A stretch of 64,000 nucleotides of DNA from Octopus bimaculoides (GCF_001194135.2 NC_068982.1:113437485-113501484), one strand, 5' to 3'; numbered from the stretch's first letter, positions 38,248 through 51,729 are shown. Translations and numbers: made by a program. Notes: a model not told the origin generated them from the sequence alone.

Positions 38248-40704
38248 ACTACGGCCCTTGTCAAATTAGACTACACTACTTTAGGCTAGAAATCAGTCAC
38301 TGATTTCTGGCTGAAACATTTTGCAATTACTGTTTCACCATACATCACAAACACAGAAAGACGTCTTGTATGGTAAGTTTTAACAAATCTCTACAGGAAA
38401 TGATTTATTACAGAACATTAATAACTTACACATGTCAATCACATTTTGTCGGCGGCGCTGATAATTACATTCGATTACACAACTTGAAAATACATTATGG
38501 TACAACTTCAGAAGGATGATTTTACTTTCTCAATAATATTTATCTTAATTTTAAAACACTTACAAAGAAAAGTAGATCTTCGATATTTCTCAGAATATTA
38601 AATTTCTTCGTGCAGTTCTTGATAAGATTTGAGATGAAACGAATAGTCTACCAGTGGAGTCATCATGCATTCCTAACCAGATTGCTGAACCAATTCATTA
38701 CATGCTAATAAGTAGTTAGCTATTTTATAGACACAATTAACCTCATTAGTCCGAAAACTAGCATACGTCAAAGATTTATTTAGCTTAGGTTTGTTTGTTT
38801 TTTGTTTTGTTTTTTACGGCGTTTGCTTTTTATCATTATATTAGTTTCTATAATTTGCTTCGATTTCAAGAATCTTTATTTCAACACAGCTTGTTGCTGG
38901 GTTACAAATATAATGAAACACCACGCAGTGCTATTGGTTTCTTTTACTTGGGCAAATAAAAGAGATAAAATTGTTTTGTTTTTTTTTTTCCTTTTCTGTT
39001 TTATTATTTTTCCTTTTCCTGTCGTTATATTAGACGGTTATAAGAAATTCTGTATTGATTATTCGCTGCCACAAAATTGATGATAAAATCAAATGTTTCA
39101 AAGAGGCAAGCCTATCAAGGATCAATGTTTTTGCCGACCTACTGCCGTTATATTGCTTTTTCCCAAATCTAAAGAATTTATCTGTTTATTTATATTTTTA
39201 GCCTACGCTATCTCTGCTCAAATATATTTTTTCAAAAATGCATTTTTGTACTTTTGTCTATGAATGGTTCACAGAAATGCTTTAGTCACAGAGTTCTGCA
39301 GCATTCATTCTATTGCCAATTTTCAGCTGATGCTTATTTACCAATCAGAATGAAATCGAACTAATACAATATTAGTGTCCATGTTATTTTGATAAAAATT
39401 CTATCTGAATGCTTAATAAATTCGTACACTTTCTCTAACCTAGCTTACAAAGATCTGAGTGGTTGGAAGGGAAGCATTGATTTTTTTCCATAGTAGTGAA
39501 TAGAACTCTAGTTATATTATATTTTATCATTTATCTAAATAAATGAGAACGTAGCATTATATAAATTTATTGTTGAAAAGAGACAATACATGTTCCTGTT
39601 TCATGTTTCAAGTAACTTCTTTTTTATCTAAATTAATCAGACGTATCTATATTTACACTCAGGTTTTGTGCATGTTAGTAGAAATATACTTGATTTTGTT
39701 AAAAGGGTATAGACATTCCTAAATTGTATGATTATAATTTACTTTTCACTCATATTGAATACGTTCTACATAAAGGCGTTATTTTTTGCATTGAATATTG
39801 GAAAAAATATTTTATATTTCGTAAGTGACATTCAATCATTTGTTTCACATATGTTTGCGAAATAATGTCAAGTATATTCAATGCAATACATAAAAACACA
39901 TTTTATATATTTCTCTTCATTTTAACATCCTTCGTCCCCAAATGAAAATAATACACACCCGTACATAAGGAAGGTTCTACGTGGTCGTTCCACCGAATAA
40001 AAATTATAATGAACTCTCCATCAAAACACAACCTCCAGTCTTTAAGAATGGTAAGTACATATTAGCTTAATGAAGTCCTACATATCCCTAAAGGACGAGA
40101 TGGTCATATTTGAAGTGTATTTTATTGTAGTTCTGATCTGTTGTTTGAGTACAGTATCAATGCACAGAGGCATCGGTCAATGGATGAACAGCTCTTTTTC
40201 AGATCTAGAGAACTACTTAGTTTACCAAGTTTACCAAGGTATTACGAGGTCACAACCACATTAATTCTATAACGTTTTGCCTCTTACAGCAGAGTTGTAT
40301 ACATTTTTACTTGCAATCAAAAGTTACTGATTTCTAAAAGAATGAAGCAGACATATGAGACATTGGCACCGTGATCTTTGAAACACTTTATTAGCGACCT
40401 GTGCCTTTGTGAGGGAAACTAAACCAGTGATGTCTGAGAGACAGTATCAGCAGTTTAAGTTACCGTATCTCCAACATGTGACTATATCATCGACTTATAG
40501 ACAACTGAAAAATATGAGAAGGTCAGAGCTAGAATGTTTTTGACCACAGATTTGTTCAGTTGAGGTTAATCTGGACCTAAACAACAATATTAACTACTAC
40601 TACTACTGCGGCTATTGCTACAGTTGCTATTACTACTGGTGCTGCTACACTTGCTGCTGCTATTGTTATTACTATCACTACTACTACTACAACTAATAAT
40701 AATA

Positions 40705-40920
40705 ATTCTTTCTACTGAAAGCACAAGGCCTCAAATTCGAGGGAAGGGATTAAGCCGATTACATTGACCCTAGGGCGTAACTGGTACTTATTTAATTGAC
40801 CCCGAAACGATAAAAGGCGTAGTCGACCTCGGCGGAATTTGAACTCAGAACGTAAAGACGGACGAAATACCGCTAAGCATACCAATCGGCGTGCTAACTA
40901 GTCTGCTAGCTCTCCGCCTT
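40705..40920 (-). mobile_element. SINE copy 1 of a tandem trio in TAA/CAA repeats
   Basis: gcacaaggcc..gtcgacctcggcggaatttgaactcagaacgtaaagacggacgaaatac..ccgcctt. Confidence 0.92.
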
Positions 40921-40938
40921 AACAACAACAACAACAAC

Positions 40939-41004
<66 letters not shown>

Positions 41005-41029
41005 TAATAATAATAATAAATTTAATAAT

Positions 41030-41275
41030 ACTACCTACAATAGGCACAAGGCCTGACATCTTTGGGAAGGGGACCAGTCGACTACATCAACACCAGTGCG
41101 TAATCGGTACTTAATTTATCGACACCGAAAGAATAAAAGGCAAAATTTATCGACCTCGAAAGGAGGAAGGGCAAAAATCTACCCCGGCGGCATTTGAACT
41201 CACAACGTGATGACAGATAAAATACTGCTAAGCATCTCGCCCGGCGAGCTAACGATTCTGCCAGATCGCAGCCTT
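41030..41275 (-). mobile_element. SINE copy 2 of the trio, with an internal ~33-bp tandem duplication
   Basis: Same family; the segment atttatcgac..cgaaag..ggcaaaa occurs twice in tandem. Confidence 0.9.
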
Positions 41276-41336
41276 AACAACAACAACAACAGCAAATAAT
41301 AATGATAATAATTCCAATAATAATAATAATAATAAT

Positions 41337-41549
41337 ATTTTCTACTCTAGGCACAAGGTCCGAAATTTTGGAGGAGGGTACCAGTCGATTACATCCACCC
41401 CAGTATGCAACTGGTGCTTAATTTATCGACTCTGAAAGGATGAAATGCAAGTCGACCTCAGTGGAATTTGAACTCAGAACGTAAAGACAGACGAAATACT
41501 GCTAAGTATTTCTCCCAGCGTGCTAACGTTTCTGCCAGCTCGCCGCCTT
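41337..41549 (-). mobile_element. SINE copy 3 of the trio
   Basis: Same family, complete from tail to head. Confidence 0.92.
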
Positions 41550-41620
41550 CCAAAACAGAAATATCATTAAATTCTACTATAGTAATGAGTACCCTTTCTT
41601 CCGATTGCCTATATTAAACT

Positions 41621-41680
<60 letters not shown>

Positions 41681-41694
41681 TTTTCTTTTTTTTT

Positions 41695-42409
41695 ACCAAA
41701 AACATATAATGAAAAGAAACATAACAAGTAACTGTAAAATATGTGGGGATGGACAAGAAACAATAAATCATATTATCCTTGGCTGCCCAGTCCTGACTAA
41801 GAAGGAATATATTCACAGACACGACAGAGCTGGGACCTATATACACTGGAAGCTATGACAACATTATGGAATAACAACAGAAAAAAGATGGTATAAACAC
41901 ACGCCAGAAAAGGTCACAGAAAACGAGAAAGCAACCATACTCTGGGATATGCCAATACACACAGATAGAGAAATTAAGGCCAATAGACCAGATATAGTTA
42001 TCAAAGATCATGAAGAAAAAAAATGCTTTCTAATTGATGTATCAATACCAGCAGATGACAACGTTTCCCTAAAAGAAATGGAAAAACTTTCAAAATACAA
42101 AGACCTGGGAATAGAGGTAACTCGAATGTGGAATCTAAAAACAGAAACAATTCCTATCATAGTAGGCGCCTTAGGTATAATAAAAAAAATATTCAGACAA
42201 ATACATAACAAAAACACCAGGACTTACAAATATATGTAACATACAGAAAATTGCACTACTGACCACTGCACACATTCTACGCAAAACACTTTCAATACAT
42301 AAGAGCATCACAGCAAACCACAGCACATACTCAAGGCACACAGAGCTGCACTTGGTAGTGAAGTGAAAGCACGTTATAAAAATAAAACTACTGAACAATA
42401 ATAATAATA
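41695..42409 (+). mobile_element. 5'-truncated R4/Dong-clade retrotransposon inserted in (TAA)n
   Basis: CKICGDGQETINHIILGC (CCHC finger) and RLE ILWDMPIHTDREIKANRPDIVIKD..LIDVSIPADDNVSLKEMEKLSKY, with one in-frame TGA. (TAA)n lies upstream (41623-41680) and as the tail (42397-42409). Confidence 0.93.
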
Positions 42410-42918
42410 NNNNNNNNNNNNNNNNNNNNNNNNNNNNNNNNNNNNNNNNNNNNNNNNNNNNNNNNNNNNNNNNNNNNNNNNNNNNNNNNNNNNNNNNNNN
42501 NNNNNNNNNNNNNNNNNNNNNNNNNNNNNNNNNNNNNNNNNNNNNNNNNNNNNNNNNNNNNNNNNNNNNNNNNNNNNNNNNNNNNNNNNNNNNNNNNNNN
42601 NNNNNNNNNNNNNNNNNNNNNNNNNNNNNNNNNNNNNNNNNNNNNNNNNNNNNNNNNNNNNNNNNNNNNNNNNNNNNNNNNNNNNNNNNNNNNNNNNNNN
42701 NNNNNNNNNNNNNNNNNNNNNNNNNNNNNNNNNNNNNNNNNNNNNNNNNNNNNNNNNNNNNNNNNNNNNNNNNNNNNNNNNNNNNNNNNNNNNNNNNNNN
42801 NNNNNNNNNNNNNNNNNNNNNNNNNNNNNNNNNNNNNNNNNNNNNNNNNNNNNNNNNNNNNNNNNNNNNNNNNNNNNNNNNNNNNNNNNNNNNNNNNNNN
42901 NNNNNNNNNNNNNNNNNN

Positions 42919-43233
42919 ATACAAAGACCTGGGAATAGAGGTAACTCGAATGTGGAATCTAAAAACAGAAACAATTCCTATCATAGTAGGCGCCTTAGGT
43001 ATAATAAAAAAAATATTCAGACAAATACATAACAAAAACACCAGGACTTACAAATATATGTAACATACAGAAAATTGCACTACTGACCACTGCACACATT
43101 CTACGCAAAACACTTTCAATACATAAGAGCATCACAGCAAACCACAGCACATACTCAAGGCACACAGAGCTGCACTTGGTAGTGAAGTGAAAGCACGTTA
43201 TAAAAATAAAACTACTGAACAATAATAATAATA
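42919..43233 (+). repeat. Apparently identical repeat of the Dong 3' end (42095-42409) across the gap N 42410-42918
   Basis: By-eye alignment shows no differences, including the A8 run and the 13-nt TAA tail. Confidence 0.9.
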
Positions 43234-44586
43234 CTGCCAATCAAATAGAAACGGACTCCAAATATCAGTTTTTCTCAATTCGCTATTTATATGGCATCAA
43301 AACAAAAACGAAAAAGCAAAGAAATGCGGTGGATTGGCAGAACCGGTAGAGTTTCAGAAAAAATATCTTTCTCTATTGAGATACGTCCTTTTATGCTTAA
43401 TCCCATTGAGTTTAAAATGGCCTTTCATCCTTCTCTTTGTGTCGATACTTTTCATGCACAATCACAGTCTCATCACATATCTTCTTATTTCTATGATTTT
43501 TTATTGTATTGTTCCGTGTTTAAAACTATTGTTCACAAGAATACTATGATTGTTTGGGTTTACACCGTCATCCTCATTTAAAAAGCAAGCGACAACTACG
43601 AATAACTCCGAAGAGTTTACAAATTTATGTATATTGAAATGCATATCTAATTTTGAACTCACGCTAGTCTCTTTCAAGTGGCATTATTTAAAGATAACAT
43701 TGAACGAATCAACAATGGTACATTTGGTATATAAATATGTGTATTCCACCATGATTTAGAATTAAAGTTTTTGTAGAGATTGTAGGATAGATGAAACAAG
43801 GTTTTCTAATATTGATTAAACTTCAAATGTTTGAAACGCATACTTCTCACGCAAATAAACGTTAACAGTATATCTAGTGTGTCACTTTTTCCATTACAAA
43901 AATAGTGTAAACAAATTTATTAAACAACTTTCTAACTTCAAAGTGCCCTTATTTATCAATGATACCGTTTTAAGTCTATAAAATGGCTTTCAGTTTTTAT
44001 GAGCTACGCATCAAACCTAATATCTTCCTCTTTTAGCAAACATTCAAAGAAATAAATATCTTTATTTAATATATATTTCTTTTATATATCGAATGAATAA
44101 AAGAACATATTCTTTGATTTAAGAAATAATACCACGTGGCTTTAGTAACCTACTAATAAACTGTACACATCACAACTGATCAGATTAAACGTAGATTAAA
44201 GAGTTCCAGTTAATCAGTACCTATTTTATATAAAACACGCAAACAAGGCTTCATATGAATCTAATAACTATTTGTAAGACCACATTGTACTTCCTCCTAG
44301 TTTAGGCAATTTATTGAAAAATTATACGGAGTTTCAGAAGAAATTTGATGTTATTTTTTACATATTTATTACATTGCAGCATAAAATATAAACCCATTTT
44401 ATATTGTTCATTCTATTTTTTAATCTGATAATATATTCATGCTAATTTTTTCTACTTTTGGTGCATCCGTTTATTGACAAAGAATATAAAGAGCAATTTC
44501 TAAAAAATTCATCTAACAAATTATAGGTAACACCTAAGCTATATATGTCTCGCTAGATATTATGGCTCATAATTTTACATATATTC

Positions 44587-44797
44587 TTTTCTACTCTAAG
44601 CACAAGGCCCGAAATTTTTAGAGAGCGGACCAGATGATTAGATCGACCCTAGTATACAACTGGTTCTTAATTTATCAACCCCCGAAAGGATGAATGGCAA
44701 AGTCGACCTCGGCAAAATTTGAACTCAGAACGTAAGGACAGACGAAATACCGCTAAGCATTTCGCCCGGAGTGCTAACGTTTCTGCCAGCTGGCCGT
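44587..44797 (-). mobile_element. tRNA-derived SINE copy
   Basis: Same family as the trio. Possible 6-bp TSD tatatt. Confidence 0.9.
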
Positions 44798-47507
44798 CTA
44801 TATTACGCACATATTGCTGCTGCTCAGCCCCACATAAATCCCGGTCGACTAAGCCAACAATGAGAGACATTCTAACTATAACCATTTCTTTGATTAGAAG
44901 CATGAGAAACTGCATTATCTTAGGTGCTCTACCCTTTTGTAAAGCAGTGAGTATGGTTTGAAGAAATTTTGGCTCCTATTTCTAGAATTTAGAATAATTA
45001 CGTTGCAGCTTCCTTTCGTATTTTGTCTTGCCACGAACTTGTTATATCAGCGAATGATCAAAACTTAGCCCTTATTGTTTTTCTTATGACTCAAACATAT
45101 TAAATAGTTTCATTTCTATTCCCGCACTCAAGTGGTGTGCCTTTTCATACGTACTCAACAAGTGAGAGACGACTCTTACCCTGGATCGGTACTCATCAGC
45201 CACCAATGGACCCACCACTCCGGACATACAAACAAATGCTGGATGTCAGGTATCTTAAACAACAAACGATGAGCAAGAAGCTAGTCTGATTCATACATAC
45301 CTACTTCTATCTGTGTATGTGTGTGTGTCTGTGTGTATGCGGTGCGTATATATATATATATATATATCAATTTTGTTTTAACTGTGTAGTAAAAGAGAGA
45401 TCATCAGCATACATCACTAGTGAAAGATTTATGACTAATTATTTTTATATTACTAAACATAAATATAATGATGAGACTGATATATAACTATAATTTATTA
45501 TAGACAGCTTACATATAACTATAATTTATCATAGACAGCTAATTTCTGTTGAGCAAGCGCGCAAAACTAAATGTTTATGAGGAATATTCTGTAGCCAATA
45601 AAATTGATCCATGCACCTTAATGGTACTTATTTTAACGCCTTTAGAGTAATAAAAGGTGATGTCGCACCTTACAATAATTAGTCATAGAGACTTCAGAAC
45701 AGATCTTTGTGAATCTCAATCATGTTTACTTCCCCATCTCAGTAATATATGGATAATAGTTTAACTACTTACAGCGAAATTAAATAAACGATTCACTATG
45801 GAATTATCAAATAAACAATTAATTTCCAAATAAATAATTTAGTGAGAGAATGTCTCACAATAAAATATGTCCAGAAAAAATCCTGATTCTGTTGTGTTAC
45901 TGTGTGCAAGTGTTTGTGCGGATATCAAGAGATTGACAAGAGTTATTGTGTATGGTACCAGTAAACTGAAGTCCCTTCTTTATTCGTGGTAGATATGGAA
46001 CACGGACCCTTTACAAACTTCATATAAAAGTTCGTGAATGCATTCATAAGAGACGTTTGAGACAAAGTTCGAATGTCAGCCAGTCATCGTGGAGAAGAGA
46101 TTTTGAGAGGAACCGAAGATTTGAACATTGAGGCAATCGCACACAAGTACTCTTTCATTATGCTCGGATACTTCAGTGAAATAGATGCTATATGATGAGC
46201 TTGTATGCAAAAAAGCATCATCAACACAAAGGAAAGCTGCTGAACGTATTTGAAATATGTGAGATCAACCGGCTGAGAAATGATTTTGATGAGACACATA
46301 ATTTTGAAAAAGCGTGTATTTCGCAGGATTTGAAGGAGATCCTCGTAAATGCGAAATTTGTGAAGTGGCTGAAATAATTTCGGTCTGATGTATCTGTTAC
46401 CGTGTGTCTTTCCAAGGCAGCAAAACTAAAAATAAAAAGAGCAAGACGTAAATGTCTAAAGTGAAACATTGATTAAAAAGAAAAATGGAAAGAAGAAAAA
46501 TTAAAGGCAGAAGAGACACGTGAAGTTTAAGTCAAGGCCATCTTTATTACCTTCACAATAAGGTTTTTTTCAGTAGATGAACAATGAAAATATGGAGGCT
46601 AAAAGACGAAATATGCGAACAGAGCTCGAATGCGTGAACGCTTACCTGAAAACAGTAGTAAGTTTGCCTCAGCAGTATTATAGTGTGTGTCCTTTTTTAC
46701 CCATCCACACACTTATTTAAATGTGCACCTACACTTTAGTGTATGTGCATGCATCCAAATGTGTTTGTGAGTATAATAATGATGCCAGTTGAGTTTTCTC
46801 CTAACTGATTTAATCAATTGATTTACTAAGTGATCAAAGAATTTGTCCAACAGCTATGTTTGATCAACAACTTACTTCAATTAATCTATAATGGAATGCA
46901 TATATTAGTTAGTTGCTGGGGTTATTTTTAAGACACAACCCACACATAAAGAAATCAAGCGTCCATCTTCTTTAAAGCCACAACAAATATAAATCTACTC
47001 CATCTTGTTGACAATACAACTGCACTCGTCAGTGAAAATACTTTTTGAAACAAATTAACAGTGAACTTATTAATATATCACGCTGTCTGAATTTAATTAA
47101 ATAAATGTTCGAAAACAACAAAAGAAATCTTGATTACTTCACTAAAGTAGTAATCGTAGATTTTAAATCACTGAATATGCGAATGAAGAAGTTAGTAATA
47201 TCTATGCATTGTGGTTATAAATTTCATTTTGTTCATGGATGATGAGAAAATTAAATGCTCGCGAAATGTTAATCTAAGCTGCCTAAATATTTGAAAAACT
47301 GTCTTTCTTATAAAAATATGGAAAATACTTTTTTTTTGTTGTTTAAAAGTCACTAATATAGAAAAGATTCAACCTTGTCGAGTCTCGTCAATCTCATTGC
47401 CTTCTAATTTAATGTTCTTCATCTGCACTGAAAATCTCGAGAAAGTGAATTACAAGGATGAGGCAAAATAAACATTATCACAAATGAACAAATGTTTGTT
47501 TTTTTAA

Positions 47508-49927
47508 CCATTGGTCTACCAGAGAAACTGTATGTCACTAATTACCACCTGGGTCCAATGGACCCAATATTTTTCTTTTAATTAGATTTTATTCAAACTA
47601 CCACTATTTCCTAGCTACCCTATATATGCTATCAGGTGAGTGAAGAATCACTGTTTTTCACAAATTTTAATTAAAAAAATACAGCTTACAGAATATATTA
47701 TAAATTTTTAAAATTAGGATAATACAGAATTACAGCTCTTCATAGCAGTGAATGCAGACAACATTGGAATGTTCTTAGCAAACATGGATATTACAATTCT
47801 TACATGTAGTACGAGTTTTCCTGTCTTTTGGGTGGGGTCACACAAAGAACATACTTTTTTATTTAGCTGAGGAATCTCAAATGAGGCTGAAGATCGTCTT
47901 CTTTTCTTGTTTGGTTGAGAAATGTTAGCAGAACTACAAGATTGTTTGTCATTTTCTTGTTGAGCATTAACTCCAGCAAGTTCCTTTCCTAACTGAATTA
48001 GGCACTACCTTCTTTTATCCTTGAAACTTTGAAAGTGAAGCTGTTTAGCAACAATGAAAGCATTCGCTGCATTTATATTTAATCCTGTTGTAGAATATAA
48101 CCATAGATCATCTTCGAGTCATCTACTCCTCCTTTCGTTTTGTTGTAACATGTAATAACTTAAGGTTTCTTTTCAGCACCTTTTGAATCAATTGAAGGCT
48201 GGGAGTACATTGTACTCATAAGTGTGGCTACATAATTTTTCTTGAGACAATAAGATAGGATCATAGAATCCTTTTGAAATCCAAATATTGTGCAGTTGAC
48301 TTCTTTTTCTTTTCCATTTGTGAAAGCACTTAGAAATTCAACTCTGTTATTTTTAGTTGTTCCAACTAAAGTAGTTTTCTTGCTAAGCAGCTTTCGAGCC
48401 AATCCTATACTTGTACATAAATTATCACAAGTTATATTGCGATCAGTATTTTCAAGATCTTTTACTAGGTCTTCGACGATTCTTGAACGTTAATTCGTCT
48501 CTCTTCCTTTTACTGGATCTTTTTCCAGCGGAGATTTGCATTTTCCAGGCATAAGATGTTTTACTGTCGCATAGTGCTCAAATTTTAATTCCATATTTCT
48601 CTGGTTTTGAAGGAATTTATATCTGGAATGAGCAGCGCCCTCCGAATGAAACTAATTCTTCATCAACTATCATGCATGAACTTGGAACATATCCATCTTG
48701 AAAATTCTGATTCCACATTTCAAATACTTCTCTTATGGGCTCCAATTTATCATCACTTCTCTTTTTACTTCTTGCACTAGTATCATCAAAACGCAATACT
48801 TCTAAAACCTGTTGAAATCTTCCCCGCCTCATATTTTTGTTGAATATTGGGTGACCATCTTCTTGACTCCATAACTGTGTGACATTTTCATGTTTAGATT
48901 TATAAACATTTATAAGAATAATAAGTCCAATAAATTTCTTTAGTTCAGAGTAATCAATTTTCTTCCATTTATCTTTGTAAACAACCTGACCTTCAACGTT
49001 TGTCCACTTATGAATTACTTCAAGATGATTCTGGCGCATAAAGATAGCAAAATGGGACGGACCACATTCTTGGCGCACAATATTGCAAGATGAAGTTCTT
49101 ACTGCTGCTTGAGTAAGTGGATTAGAATGCCAAACCTCTTGTCTGTCTCTAGAAACATATTGCTCATTCATAATTGGGTGGCTTGCAGATAATTGTTCTA
49201 GAGTATCTTCATCATCTGATGACACAGAACCCAAACTACCCAGCAACCAATCACTTTCACTATCATCTTCAGAGCAATAGAAGGAATCACTACTATATTC
49301 TTCCCATTTTTCATCTAATTTCAATAAAATTTTCGATATTTGGTCTCCACCAAGTTTTCAAGTCTAGGAATATTGGAAAGCACAACTGAACTATATGAAA
49401 ATTAATAGCAGACTAATGGTAGGCATTGCTCTCTCACATATTTATACTCTCCTGAAAGATGATGCAATATATTGTAAGAATTGCGTCATCACATAGAAAT
49501 ATTGCATCACCCTTTAACCTAGCAGATTGAAGGTGATGCAATACCACACAAATTTACAGGAATATTTTCATAATTTTTCCTATTTTATTTAAAATTCAGC
49601 AAATAAATTGAATACAATTTTATTTATTTTATATCTGATAAATGTCTAGGAAAATAATATTTGATACTGCTTTTATTCTGTTTTGGATGACAAGAGTATT
49701 GTTTGAATTTAATTCGAGGGTCCAATGGATCTATACGGTAATTAATGTATAAAGTGAAATTTTCTAGCTTTTATAAACCTACCGAAAATTTCCCATTTGA
49801 CAAAAAAAAAAGAGTCAAGATAAAATAAGAGTCAAGAGAAATCAGCAGAATCAAATAATATAAACAATAGGAAAAAGCAACTGGAAAAACTTAAATGGGT
49901 CCATTGGACCCATTGGCAGACAGAAGG
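47508..49927 (-). mobile_element. Full-length (2420 bp) decayed piggyBac DNA transposon
   Basis: TTAA at 47504-47507 and 49928-49931. Imperfect ~14-bp termini plus a 17-bp palindrome TGGGTCCA(A/T)TGGACCCA at both ends. Confidence 0.93.
47730..49345 (-). pseudogene. piggyBac transposase pseudogene
   Basis: Acidic N-terminus; catalytic triad contexts IVDEELV, ITCDNLCTS and YNKTKGGVD; C-terminal Cys-rich domain CSLC..TCKNCNIHVC*EHSNVVCIHC. Frameshifts and stops; no start ATG found. Confidence 0.9.
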
Positions 49928-51182
49928 TTAATGTAGATAGCTAAAACATTCTCAACTATCATATAGGCACGTATCTTTTACTATGACTTCGGCACAAAAT
50001 AATAAGCACTATGAATAAAACTGGTACAAGAAAACTGTATAGACACCCATGGTATAGGCTATATCTGTACTATAATGTGTAGGACCAGCTTCGTTAGACT
50101 CGATGAAATTTGTCGGGAGATAACAGGAAACGGACGTGTTCAATCACTTCCACTATAATTCAATATGTAGGAAGTCGGGTTGAAGGAGTAAAGAGAAGCT
50201 TCCTAAATCGAAACCATTATGAGCTGAACTTTACTTTCTAGATGATAACTGAAAAAAATCTATTAGTCTTGTTATTTAGTCTCAGATTAGCTTTATTAAG
50301 TAGCCTTACGATTAAAGGTATTTGAACGTAGCCGTCATGATATTTTAAAGTACCAAGAAGTACGTGATCTAATATTTCCTTTGAAATTTTTTACTAATGA
50401 CAGGGTTTGATTTGAGGGCGATTTAGGCGCTATTTTTAACAGGCTGATCGACTAAGATCTATATTATTCTGATATAAACGCTTTTACTCGTTTGTCTATT
50501 TCTCCTTGTTATAGGTGACTTTCAGTTGTTAAACCTGTTCGTCTGTGGATAGTTATAAACATGTAGTCACGTGGTCAAATTCTCTCCAGTGACAGCTTTT
50601 AATAATATTTATTATGCAATTTTTAAACTAGAACAAAAATATATTTTAAAAGTTTTGCCTTCCAAGTTTCATTTTTTCTTTTTAATATAACTTAGACATT
50701 TCTCCCACAGTGATATGAAGAAATAAGATTCAACAGCCCACACTCAGATGAAAACTAAGGAAGATTTGATATTTAATGGCTAAGGGGAAATTCGCATGAG
50801 TTAGTGATTGAAATAATCATAATATATTACTACTTACTAAACAAGTAATTTAATAACGAAGCCCAAGTACAGACTCCTACCTAAATATGTTTACTCATGA
50901 GGTTCTCATAATTCGTCTGCTGGCTTAGAGAAAAGTCAAACTTCGTTTATAAAAGGTTAAAGGTGTCTGTATCTTCTCGCATCGTTACACTTCATTATTT
51001 TCTAGGCATGAAGATGAACGCAATTATTCAAATATTTACATCAAAACCTACCCTGCATCACTGCATTTAGCTCTCTTAAAGAGTTAGTTGATCACTCCCC
51101 TAATTCAAAGCGATTTTGCTCCATATTCCATAACATGCTTAAATGTCTCATGTTCAGCATCTTCCTTCCTTTACCCTTTCTT

Positions 51183-51218
<36 letters not shown>

Positions 51219-51489
51219 NNNNNNNNNNTATGTAGGTATATATGTATGTATGCACACTGAGAGATAAAAGATAAATAACAAAAAGAGATATACCCGTGTT
51301 CATAAATAAACTTATATACGTATGCATGTGTGATCCCGTGTGCATTTCAAGAGAAAAATACACTCAAACATACAGGCTCCGTTCATGTATATACACACAC
51401 ATATGCTGTACACAGACACACACATACACACACATACACACACACAGATATAAGTGTATGTATGTGTGTATGTATGTATGTATGTAGGT

Positions 51490-51729
51490 ACAGCATGGCC
51501 AAGTGTTTAAGAAATTTGCTTTGCAGCCACGGGATCTGGGTTCAGTCTCGATGCTTGTTATCTTGGATAAATAATCTTTTTACAAGCTTCATGTTAATTC
51601 ATATATTTTGAGTGGAACACATTTCGTAGAAGCTGTATGAAAGCCTGTCGATCGTTGGACCTGTGATTCACAAACTACATCCTTGTCATATTCTGTGTCA
51701 CGCAGATTCTACCTTAGAATTACGTTATT

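Noticed and set aside
47615-47635. 21-nt exon-like segment (cctag|..TCAG|gtgagt)
   Set aside because: It lies inside the piggyBac subterminal region. Exonisation is possible but nothing supports it.
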